This document shows, in pieces, positions 52,600 through 60,134 of a DNA stretch of 64,000 nt. Where the stretch lies: assembly GCA_963783385.1 (NCBI GenBank), contig CAWANJ010000001.1:576001-640000 (forward strand). Reading direction: 5' to 3'. A program made the position numbers and the translations under genes. The notes beneath the pieces were generated by a model that was not told the DNA's origin, ran no database searches, and saw only the letters and a list, made by a program, of their open reading frames with translations. The first letter of the stretch is position 1. Each line of letters opens with the position of its first letter. Source of the DNA: an uncultured Gemmatimonadales bacterium (lineage in GTDB: Bacteria; Gemmatimonadota; Gemmatimonadetes; Palauibacterales; Palauibacteraceae).

Positions 52600-53466
52600 A
52601 TGAATCGACACGTCTTACTGGCGGCCGCGCTGCTGGCCGCCCCGGCGGCGCTCCTCGCTCAGGGCACCGGCGACGCGCCCGGACCTTCGAGGGCGGCTCC
52701 GTCCACTCCGGTGCCACCGTCCGTCGCCACCCGTGTCGTGGTCCACGTCGTCGCCCACGACGCCAAGGTGATCGGCTCGCACGTCGGCGGAGTGCGCGTC
52801 GCCGTGCTCGACGCCGTCACCGGGGACACGCTGGCGTCGGGTCTCCAGTCCGGCGGGACCGGGGACACGAAGCTCATCATGCAGGACCCACGGGTGCGGG
52901 GTCGGGCACTGTTCGACACGCCGGGCGCGGCGTCGTACACGACGACACTCCAGCTGACGGAGCCCACCCGCGTCCGCATCGTGGCCGAGGGTCCCCTCGG
53001 GATCCCCGACGCCGTGCAGCGCGCCTCGACCACCCTGGTCGTCTTCCCGGGGGAGAGCCTCACGGGAGACGGCGTCGTGCTGGAGCTGTACGGACTGGCC
53101 GTGACGCCGACGCTCCCGGGAGCGACCGCCGCCGGGGCCGCGAGCGGTGCCGGCGCGACCGACCGCCCCCTGGGGGTGTCCGGGCCCACGATCGCCATTC
53201 GGGCCACCGTCACCATGCTGTGCGGCTGTCCGATCACGCCGGGCGGGCTGTGGGACGCGAACGGGGTCCGCGTGCGGGCGCGACTGGTGCGGGGCGACCA
53301 GGTGGTGGCCGAGGTCCCGCTGACCTACGCCGGGCGAGCCAGCACGTTCGAGGGAAGTGTCAGCGCGCCCGCCCCCGGCGACTACCGGCTGGTGGTCCTC
53401 GCCTCGGAGCCGGCGCGCTCCAACTTCGGCCGGGCCGAACGCTCGATCCGGGTGAGCGGCGGCTGA
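52600..53466 (+). CDS. Secreted hypothetical protein, predicted beta-rich, with CGCP motif
   Basis: AGGAG RBS, signal peptide, HDAKVIGSH and MLCGCPITPGGLWD. Confidence 0.8.
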   Translation: MNRHVLLAAALLAAPAALLAQGTGDAPGPSRAAPSTPVPPSVATRVVVHVVAHDAKVIGSHVGGVRVAVLDAVTGDTLASGLQSGGTGDTKLIMQDPRVRGRALFDTPGAASYTTTLQLTEPTRVRIVAEGPLGIPDAVQRASTTLVVFPGESLTGDGVVLELYGLAVTPTLPGATAAGAASGAGATDRPLGVSGPTIAIRATVTMLCGCPITPGGLWDANGVRVRARLVRGDQVVAEVPLTYAGRASTFEGSVSAPAPGDYRLVVLASEPARSNFGRAERSIRVSGG

Positions 53467-53469
53467 GGC

Positions 53470-54357
53470 TCAGCCGTCCCCGCCGCCCGCCGGCGCCAGG
53501 GCGTCCAGCGCGTGGAACTCCCGATCGTCCAGCTCCAAATGGGCGGCCGCCAGGTCGTCCTCCGAATGCTCGACGCTCGAGGTGCCCGGAATCGGAAGCA
53601 TGACCGGTGACCTGCGCAGGAGCCAGGCGAGCGCCACCCGGGCCGAGCTCACCCCGCGCTCGCCGGCGACTCGCGCCAGGGGGCCGTCCCCCCGGGCCAG
53701 GGGCCCCGCGGCCAGCGGGTACCAGGGGAGGAACGCCAGGCCGTCACGCTCGCAGGCTTCGAGCACGGGTTCCGAGTCGCGGTCCTGCAGGTTGTAGCGG
53801 TTCTGGACCGAGACGACGTCCGCCACCCGCCGGGCCACGGCGAGCTGCTCCACGTTCACGTTGGACACGCCAATGTGCCGGATCTTCCCGGCGTCGCGCA
53901 ACTCGACCAGCATCCCCAACGATTCCTCGAGGGGCACGTCCGGATCCGGACGGTGGAGCTGGTACAGGTCGATCCGCTCCAGGCGGAGCCGCCGGAGGCT
54001 TCCCTCCAGCGCCGATCGCAGGTGCTCGGGTCGCCCGTCGGGATGCCACTCGCCCGGTCCGCTCCGGGTGAGCCCTCCCTTGGTCGCGATGACGAGCCCG
54101 TCGGGATAGGGATGGAGCGCCTCGGCGATGAGTCGCTCGGAGACCTCCGGCCCGTAGGCGTCGGCCGTGTCAATGAAGTCGACGCCCAGCTCGACCGCCC
54201 GCCGCAGGACGCGCCGGGCCTCGTCGGGGTCGTCCGGAGGGCCCCACACCCCCTCTCCGGTGATCCGCATGGCGCCGAAGCCCATGCGCTGGACGGTGAG
54301 GTCACCGCCCAGCGTCAGGGTTTCGGTCGTCTCCTGGACGTGTGGCTCGGTCGGCAT
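53470..54357 (-). CDS. Aldo/keto reductase
   Basis: [32 protein letters not shown]. Confidence 0.93.
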   Translation of the reverse strand: MPTEPHVQETTETLTLGGDLTVQRMGFGAMRITGEGVWGPPDDPDEARRVLRRAVELGVDFIDTADAYGPEVSERLIAEALHPYPDGLVIATKGGLTRSGPGEWHPDGRPEHLRSALEGSLRRLRLERIDLYQLHRPDPDVPLEESLGMLVELRDAGKIRHIGVSNVNVEQLAVARRVADVVSVQNRYNLQDRDSEPVLEACERDGLAFLPWYPLAAGPLARGDGPLARVAGERGVSSARVALAWLLRRSPVMLPIPGTSSVEHSEDDLAAAHLELDDREFHALDALAPAGGGDG

Positions 54358-54408
54358 GGTGTCCTCGCTCGGAGCGCGTGATGGAGTCCGCTCTGGACCC
54401 TCATCCCG

Positions 54409-54424
54409 AGCATGGCCCATGCCG
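54409..54424 (-). promoter_or_regulatory. Weak candidate sigma-54 promoter for the aldo/keto reductase
   Basis: CGGCATGGGCCATGCT (GG-N10-GC) about 50 nt upstream of the start. Confidence 0.35.
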
Positions 54425-54433
54425 GGGATTCGC

Positions 54434-54907
54434 CTACGGTCCGTGGACGGACCACACGCTGGTGCCGCCCGCCGAGTCGAAGGCGATGACCTGGTAGCGC
54501 TCGGCCGGCGCGCTCGCCATGCCGGGAGAGCCGCCCGGCATGCCGGGCACGGCCAGGCCCCGGATGGCCGGCCGCTCGGCCAGGAGCCGCTGGATGTCGG
54601 CGGCGGGCACGTGGCCCTCGATCGTGTATCCATCGACCGTGGCCGTGTGACAGGCCGCCAGGTCTCCGGGCACGCCCCCCTGGCGCATGGCGGCGTCGAG
54701 GCTCGCCTGGTCGACATCCCGCACCGTCACCTGGAATCCCGCATCCGTCAGGTGGCTGACCCACAGGCTGCAGCAGCCGCAGGTGGGGCTCTTCACCACC
54801 TCCACCACCGGACCCTGGGCCCGGGCGGAGGGACGGAGAAACAGGTAGCCGGCGCCGGCCAGCACGACCACCGCAGCAACGATCCAGGAGGTTCGGGAGA
54901 TACGCAT
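54434..54907 (-). CDS. DUF411 (CopG-like) periplasmic metal-binding protein
   Basis: SPTCGCC, CHTA, EGHVPA, PGMP.GSPGM. Confidence 0.88.
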   Translation of the reverse strand: MRISRTSWIVAAVVVLAGAGYLFLRPSARAQGPVVEVVKSPTCGCCSLWVSHLTDAGFQVTVRDVDQASLDAAMRQGGVPGDLAACHTATVDGYTIEGHVPAADIQRLLAERPAIRGLAVPGMPGGSPGMASAPAERYQVIAFDSAGGTSVWSVHGP

Positions 54908-55125
54908 GGGGGACTCCTCGCTCGGCCCGCCGTTCGGGGCAGGGTGGGCATCGGTCCCGGGGCGGCGGCCGGCCGGGCCGGCGTCCGACCCGGGTCGGAC
55001 CTCCCCAAGATCGACGGCTACGGGCTCGGCGTCTGTCGGGCAGAGTCCGGAGCGCCTCGTAGAGGATTTCCCCTCGTGACCCCGGGGCGGGCGCGACGGC
55101 TCCGGGGAGCGGAGCCCCCGCGGCC

Positions 55126-56370
55126 TCAGAGGTCCGCTTCGAACCTCATCCCGAGGACGAAGGCGTCGGGGACCGAGGAGGCGGCCGCCGGGTGGTGGAT
55201 GAGCTGCACGTCGGGCTGTACGGCGATGGCGCCCGTGAGCCGGACGTTGTAGGACGCCTCTCCGGTCAGCTCCCACGACGCGAGCCCGGGGGCCGCGCCC
55301 ATGAGGCGCCGGCTGCGACGGGCCGCCGCCAGCCCGAGGCCGAAGCGGTCGGTGGGGCGGCCGGGGATCAGACCCGTGCCGCTCACGCCCAGCACCACGG
55401 ACGAGGAGGCCAGGCTCGCCCGTTCCTGGGCGGCGCCCAGCACGCCGAACGCCCACAGCTCCCCCGAGCCGTCGGCGCTCGGCCCGCATAGCCGTGCCTC
55501 GCCAATGACGTAGGCGCCGTTCCCACCCGACGGGGCGGCCGAGCCCGGCGGCGCGTCCGCCGGCTCGGGCACGTGTCCGGTGTAGCGCCACACGCCGACC
55601 GCGAGCTCGAGGTCGTGGGGGGCCTCCTCCCCGGTCCGGCCGGCCCGCCGGCGCCGAACCGTGCTCGGGCGGGCGCCGGCGCCCAGGTTGACGGCGCTCG
55701 GGCGCAGGTAGCCCACCTCGGCCACGAGCAGGGCGCCGTCGCCGGCGCCCAGGTGGATCTTCGTGCCCCCGGGATCGGCGGGGTCTCCCGGCACACCGTC
55801 CGCCACGACCGCCTGCACGCGCCAGCCCTCGCCCAGGAGCGCCCTGGCCCGCAGGGCGAGCGAGGTGACGGGGAAGATGGAAGGCCCATTGACCCCGCTC
55901 TGGCCCAGGGCGGGCTCGATGCCGAACGAGCTGTTCAGGAACAGGTCCGCCGAGCCGACCGCGTCGAACTCGGAGTTCACGTCGTAGAGTCCGGCCAGGA
56001 GCGACAGGCGGTCCCCGGCCAGGTACTGCTGGACCCAGGCCTCGTAAAGGCGCCACGAGGTGGGCGCGTCAATGTTGTCCAGCGTCTGGAGATCACCGGC
56101 GTGGGCCGATGGGCTCCCCCCCTGGTTGGCCAGGCCGTATACGAACGCCGTCAGCCCGGGCACGCCGAGGAGGGACTCCCCGTCCAACCGGAGCTGCACG
56201 TCCAGGTTGTCGAGCGCGACCACGCCGGGGTCCACGCCGCCGGCCACCACCCCCACGAGGTCGGCCGTGTACGACACGGCCACCTCCACCCCGCCCGTGT
56301 CGGCGGGAACGGCGGGCGGCGGAGCCGCCAGGCCGAGCGCGAGCCCCAGCGCCGGGAGCAACCCCGTCAG
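55126..56370 (-). CDS. OprB-family carbohydrate porin (start CTG 56370 or TTG 56361)
   Basis: YTAD, RLYEAW, FLNSSFG, GPSIFP, QPDVQ.I.HP; signal peptide. Confidence 0.8.
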   Translation of the reverse strand: MTGLLPALGLALGLAAPPPAVPADTGGVEVAVSYTADLVGVVAGGVDPGVVALDNLDVQLRLDGESLLGVPGLTAFVYGLANQGGSPSAHAGDLQTLDNIDAPTSWRLYEAWVQQYLAGDRLSLLAGLYDVNSEFDAVGSADLFLNSSFGIEPALGQSGVNGPSIFPVTSLALRARALLGEGWRVQAVVADGVPGDPADPGGTKIHLGAGDGALLVAEVGYLRPSAVNLGAGARPSTVRRRRAGRTGEEAPHDLELAVGVWRYTGHVPEPADAPPGSAAPSGGNGAYVIGEARLCGPSADGSGELWAFGVLGAAQERASLASSSVVLGVSGTGLIPGRPTDRFGLGLAAARRSRRLMGAAPGLASWELTGEASYNVRLTGAIAVQPDVQLIHHPAAASSVPDAFVLGMRFEADL

Positions 56371-57998
56371 GGCGAGACGGCGTGGAGGGTCACGCCCGGC
56401 GCGTCCTCGGCCGCCGTGCGCAGCGAGAACTCGGTCTCGAACAGCACCAGGGGCCGGTCCCGGTGGTCCAGGGCCAGCGTGCGGCCGTAGCCGGCCGCCA
56501 GGCGGCGGATCTCGTCCTCGTCTCCCTCGGCCCAGCGGGCGTGATGGTAGGGCAGCGGCTGCAGCCGGGCCTCGACCCCGTACTCGTGCTCGAGGCGGTG
56601 CAGGAGGATCTCGAACTGGAGGGCGCCCACCGCCGCCACCATCGGCGCCGGGTTCGGCCCGGATTCGGAGAACAGGACCTGGACGGCGCCCTCCTCCGAG
56701 AGCTCCCGGAGGCCCCGATCCAGGTGCTTTCGGCGCAGGGGATCCTCGGTGCGGATGCGCGCGAAGTGCTCCGGGGAGAAGCGCGGGATGTCGTCGAAGG
56801 CGGGGCCGCCGTCCCCGGAGAGCGTGTCCCCGATCCTGAGGCTCCCTCGATCGTGGATGCCGACCACGTCGCCGGCCACCGCCTCCTCGAGCATCTCGCG
56901 GTCCTGGGCCAGGAAGCGGCGCGCCGAGGCCAGGCGCACGGGGCTGTCGGTGCGCAGGTTGGTGACCGTCATCCCCGGTTCGTAGCTGCCCGAGACGATG
57001 CGAACGAAAGCGATCCGGTCCCGGTGCCGCGGGTCCATGTTCGCCTGGATCTTGAACACGAACCCCCGGAAGGTGGAGTCGTCCGGGCGGAGCTCGCGCC
57101 CCCCCACCTCGCGGGGTCCGGGCGCGGGCGCATGCTCCAGGAAGTACTTGAGGAAGAGCTCTACGCCGAAGTTGAGCAGCGCGCTCCCGAAGAAGGTCGG
57201 CGAGACGCGGCCGGCGCGCACGGCCTCCGGCGTCGCCTCCGAGCCGGCGGCGTCCAGGAGCTCGACTTCCTCCCGGAGGCGCTCCAGGGCCGCCGCCGGG
57301 AACAGCTCGTCCGCCCGAGCGTCCGCGAGCGCGACGGTCTCCGCCGCCGCCCTCGTGGCCCCGTGGTCCCCCGTGCGCCGGAAGCGGTGCAGGAGACCCG
57401 AGCGCCGGTCGTACACCCCCAGGCACTCGAGCCCGTCCAGCAGCGGCCAGGTCACCGGGGCGCAGTGGATCCCGAGGTCGGCCTCCACGTCGTCCAGGAG
57501 CTGCAACGGGTCGACTCCGACCCGGTCGCACTTGTTCACGAAGGTGAAGATCGGGAGCCGGCGCATGCGGCACACGTCGAACAGCTTGCGGGTCTGGGCC
57601 TCGACGCCCTTGCGGTTGTCGAGCAGCATCACGGCGCTGTCGGCGGCCAGGAGGGTCCGGTAGGTGTCCTCGGAGAAGTCCTGGTGCCCGGGGGTGTCCA
57701 GCAGGTTCAGGTGCCGGCCCTCGTACTCGAACTGGAGAACGCTCGACGTCACGGAGATGCCGCGCTCCTTCTCGACGTCCATCCAGTCGGAGGCGGCGTG
57801 GCGCTGCGCCCGCCGGGCCTTGACCGAGCCCGCCAGGTGGATGGCCCCACCGTACAGGAGGAGCTTCTCCGTGAGGGTCGTCTTGCCGGCGTCGGGATGG
57901 CTGATGATGGCGAAGGCGCGGCGCTTGGCGACCTCCTCCAGCACGCGGCCCGAGGCGGGCGCTGCATCCGGCCCGGTGACGCCGCTCTGGCCGTTCAT
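56367..57998 (-). CDS. prfC: Peptide chain release factor 3
   Basis: FAIISHPDAGKTTLTEK, ERGIS, DTPGHQDFSEDTYR, FKIQANMDP. Confidence 0.97.
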   Translation of the reverse strand: MNGQSGVTGPDAAPASGRVLEEVAKRRAFAIISHPDAGKTTLTEKLLLYGGAIHLAGSVKARRAQRHAASDWMDVEKERGISVTSSVLQFEYEGRHLNLLDTPGHQDFSEDTYRTLLAADSAVMLLDNRKGVEAQTRKLFDVCRMRRLPIFTFVNKCDRVGVDPLQLLDDVEADLGIHCAPVTWPLLDGLECLGVYDRRSGLLHRFRRTGDHGATRAAAETVALADARADELFPAAALERLREEVELLDAAGSEATPEAVRAGRVSPTFFGSALLNFGVELFLKYFLEHAPAPGPREVGGRELRPDDSTFRGFVFKIQANMDPRHRDRIAFVRIVSGSYEPGMTVTNLRTDSPVRLASARRFLAQDREMLEEAVAGDVVGIHDRGSLRIGDTLSGDGGPAFDDIPRFSPEHFARIRTEDPLRRKHLDRGLRELSEEGAVQVLFSESGPNPAPMVAAVGALQFEILLHRLEHEYGVEARLQPLPYHHARWAEGDEDEIRRLAAGYGRTLALDHRDRPLVLFETEFSLRTAAEDAPGVTLHAVSP

Positions 57999-58144
57999 GC
58001 CCCTCTCTCCCCGGTTCGGGTCCGACCCACGTCGCTCCGGCAACCGTTCGGCGCCGCACGGATGTACGGACGTGCTCGCCGGGAGTTCCTGCCGGCGCGG
58101 GGCGGGACGGCATGCCCGGGCGGGCCGCGGGCCCCGAAATGGAA

Positions 58145-58177
58145 ACGCCCTTCCAGGGTCGAACCCTGGAAGGGCGT
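58145..58177 (-). terminator. Intrinsic terminator between the secreted-protein gene and prfC
   Basis: 15-bp perfect inverted repeat ACGCCCTTCCAGGGT/ACCCTGGAAGGGCGT followed by TTCCATTT on the minus strand. Confidence 0.75.
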
Positions 58178-58286
58178 CCACCGGGCCGCCGCCGGACTCA
58201 GAGTCGCGGGACGACCGCGGCGCCCGGACCGCCGGACATGCCCGCGCGCATGCCAGTGACCGGCTCCACGATCTCGAGTCGGTGCG

Positions 58287-58781
58287 TTACTGCTCCTTCT
58301 TCGTGCCGCTGGCGACCTCGATCTGGGCGATGCAGGTGCCGGTCTCGCCCTTGAGGGTCAGGTGCTGTTTGCCAGCCTTCGCCTTCTCGGTGCTCAGCCA
58401 CAGGGTAGCGCTCGTCCCCTCGGCGGCCATCTGGACGACCTGGGGCGTCTCGTCCTCCTGCTTCTCGCCCTTCTCGCCCTTCTCGTCCTTCTCGCTGCGG
58501 GACATCTCGGCCTTGGGCAGATCGGCGATCGCGGCCAGCGTGACGTCGTCGCCCTCGACGCCCGAGATGTTGCCGATCGTCTCGGACAGCTTGACCTGGA
58601 CCTGCACGGCCTTCTGGCCGGCGTCCACGGAGGCCGGATCGACCTGCGCGGTGCACGTCTTCTGCTGTGACTGCGCCGCTGCCTCGCTGGCCTGCTGCGC
58701 ATGGGCGGCCGTCGGTGTGAACGCAAACGCCATTGCCGCCGACATCGCGACCGGGACGGTCGCCTTCGTCAGATTCCGCAT
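58287..58781 (-). CDS. Secreted hypothetical protein (Cys pair, EKG repeats)
   Basis: AGGAGG RBS, signal peptide ending AHA, strong codon bias, own promoter and terminator. Confidence 0.85.
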   Translation of the reverse strand: MRNLTKATVPVAMSAAMAFAFTPTAAHAQQASEAAAQSQQKTCTAQVDPASVDAGQKAVQVQVKLSETIGNISGVEGDDVTLAAIADLPKAEMSRSEKDEKGEKGEKQEDETPQVVQMAAEGTSATLWLSTEKAKAGKQHLTLKGETGTCIAQIEVASGTKKEQ

Positions 58782-58859
58782 GTACTACCTCCTGGAAAGC
58801 GTGGAACTCAATCCTGTGCGTGCCGACCCGCGGCCGACACGTCGTCGGTCCTGTACAGG

Positions 58860-58875
58860 AGCAAGGGGCGTTCCT
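58860..58875 (-). promoter_or_regulatory. Candidate sigma-54 promoter of the secreted protein
   Basis: AGGAACGCCCCTTGCT (GG-N10-GC). Confidence 0.6.
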
Positions 58876-58963
58876 GGCGCCGATGAAGGGTCACACCTCA
58901 CTGTATGACAGGTGATTAGGGTGATACACGCCGAGACGCACCCGGGGCCTGGAAAGGCCATAT

Positions 58964-59013
58964 CCGGCAATATTTCCCGGATGCCGGATTCGGCGGCCGG
59001 CAAATGTTACCGG
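58964..59013. promoter_or_regulatory. Two imperfect 17-bp palindromes 33 bp apart (candidate enhancer-binding-protein sites)
   Basis: CCGGCAATATTTCCCGG (58964-58980) and CCGGCAAATGTTACCGG (58997-59013). Confidence 0.6.
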
Positions 59014-59099
59014 GTGCTTCGAACTCGGCCGGGCCGGGGGTCGGCGCGAGCGACCGACCGGGATCGTCGGGACCGGTGGAGTACCTCCAGCCGGCGACG

Positions 59100-59115
59100 T
59101 GGCACCCTCCTTGAA
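59100..59115 (+). promoter_or_regulatory. Candidate sigma-54 promoter of the LigD polymerase gene
   Basis: TGGCACCCTCCTTGAA: perfect -24 box, with TTGA instead of TTGC at -12. Confidence 0.5.
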
Positions 59116-59162
59116 CCCTGGAGCCGGGTGGTACGGGAATCGTCCCCGGGGGAGGCCCCGCC

Positions 59163-60104
59163 ATGAGCGAGACGCTGCGCTTCGGACCCTACACGGTCGA
59201 GCTCGCCCGTCCGGACAAGGTGCTGTTCCCGGACGCCGGAGTGACCAAGCGCGACCTCGTCGACCACTACCGGGCCGTGGCGGGCGCCATGCTTCCCTAC
59301 CTGGACGGACGGCCCGTGGTCATGCAGCGCTTCCCGGACGGGATCGGCGCGGAGGGCTTCTACCAGAAGGACACGCCCGACTACTTCCCGGCCTGGATCC
59401 CGAGGGTGACGGTGCGGAAGCGCGAGGGGGGCACGGTCGACCACGTGCTGTGCCGGAACGAGGCCACGCTGGTGTACCTGGCCGGCCAGGGCGTGATCAC
59501 GCCCCACGTGTGGCTGTCCCGGGCCGACGCCCTGGAGCGCCCGGACCGGCTGATCTTCGACCTCGATCCGCCCGACCACGACTTCGAGCTGGTGCGCCAC
59601 GCGGCCAGGGCGCTGCGGGCCCTGCTCGGGGAGCTCGGCCTGGAGGCGTGGCCGCTGGCCACCGGCGGCCGGGGGCTCCACCTGGTGATCCCGCTGGACC
59701 GGAGCGCGGACTTCGACGAGACGCGCGATTTCGCCCGCCGGACCGCCGCCCTCCTGGCCACGCGGGAGCCCGGGCGCCTGACCACCGAGACGCGAAAGGT
59801 GCGGCGGCGGGGCCGGCTCTTCCTGGACTACCTGCGCAACGCCTTCGCCCAGACCGCGGTGCCCCCCTTCGCGGTGCGAGCGCGTCCGGGCGCGCCGGTG
59901 GCCGTCCCGCTGGACTGGGACGACGTCGCCGACCCGGAGATCCGGGGCAACGCCTTCACGACCCGGAACGTGCTCGAGCGCCTGGACCGGAAGGGGGACC
60001 CGTGGGAGGGGATGGCCCGCCACGCTCGCTCGCTGGCGGCGCCTCGCGCCCGCCTCGCGGCGCTCGAGGAAGAGGAAGGAGGAGCGGAGGCCGGCGCCGG
60101 ATAG
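59163..60104 (+). CDS. Stand-alone LigD-type primase-polymerase domain protein
   Basis: PDKVLFP, RFPDG, FYQK, FDLDP, TGGRGLH, LDYLRN; no ligase or phosphoesterase domain. Confidence 0.9.
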   Translation: MSETLRFGPYTVELARPDKVLFPDAGVTKRDLVDHYRAVAGAMLPYLDGRPVVMQRFPDGIGAEGFYQKDTPDYFPAWIPRVTVRKREGGTVDHVLCRNEATLVYLAGQGVITPHVWLSRADALERPDRLIFDLDPPDHDFELVRHAARALRALLGELGLEAWPLATGGRGLHLVIPLDRSADFDETRDFARRTAALLATREPGRLTTETRKVRRRGRLFLDYLRNAFAQTAVPPFAVRARPGAPVAVPLDWDDVADPEIRGNAFTTRNVLERLDRKGDPWEGMARHARSLAAPRARLAALEEEEGGAEAGAG

Positions 60105-60134
60105 GCCCGCGGCTCCGGGACGCGCCGCGACCGG

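Noticed and set aside
55126-58113. 995-aa ORF, or a programmed prfC-porin frameshift fusion at CCC-TGA
   Set aside because: The upstream part is off-frame prfC; the porin lies in the -1 frame whereas CCC-UGA shifting is +1; prfC ends at a normal length
58461-58496. Short 9-nt tandem repeat (TTCTCGCCC-like)
   Set aside because: An in-frame EKD/EKG low-complexity linker; a unit of 9 cannot phase-shift the gene
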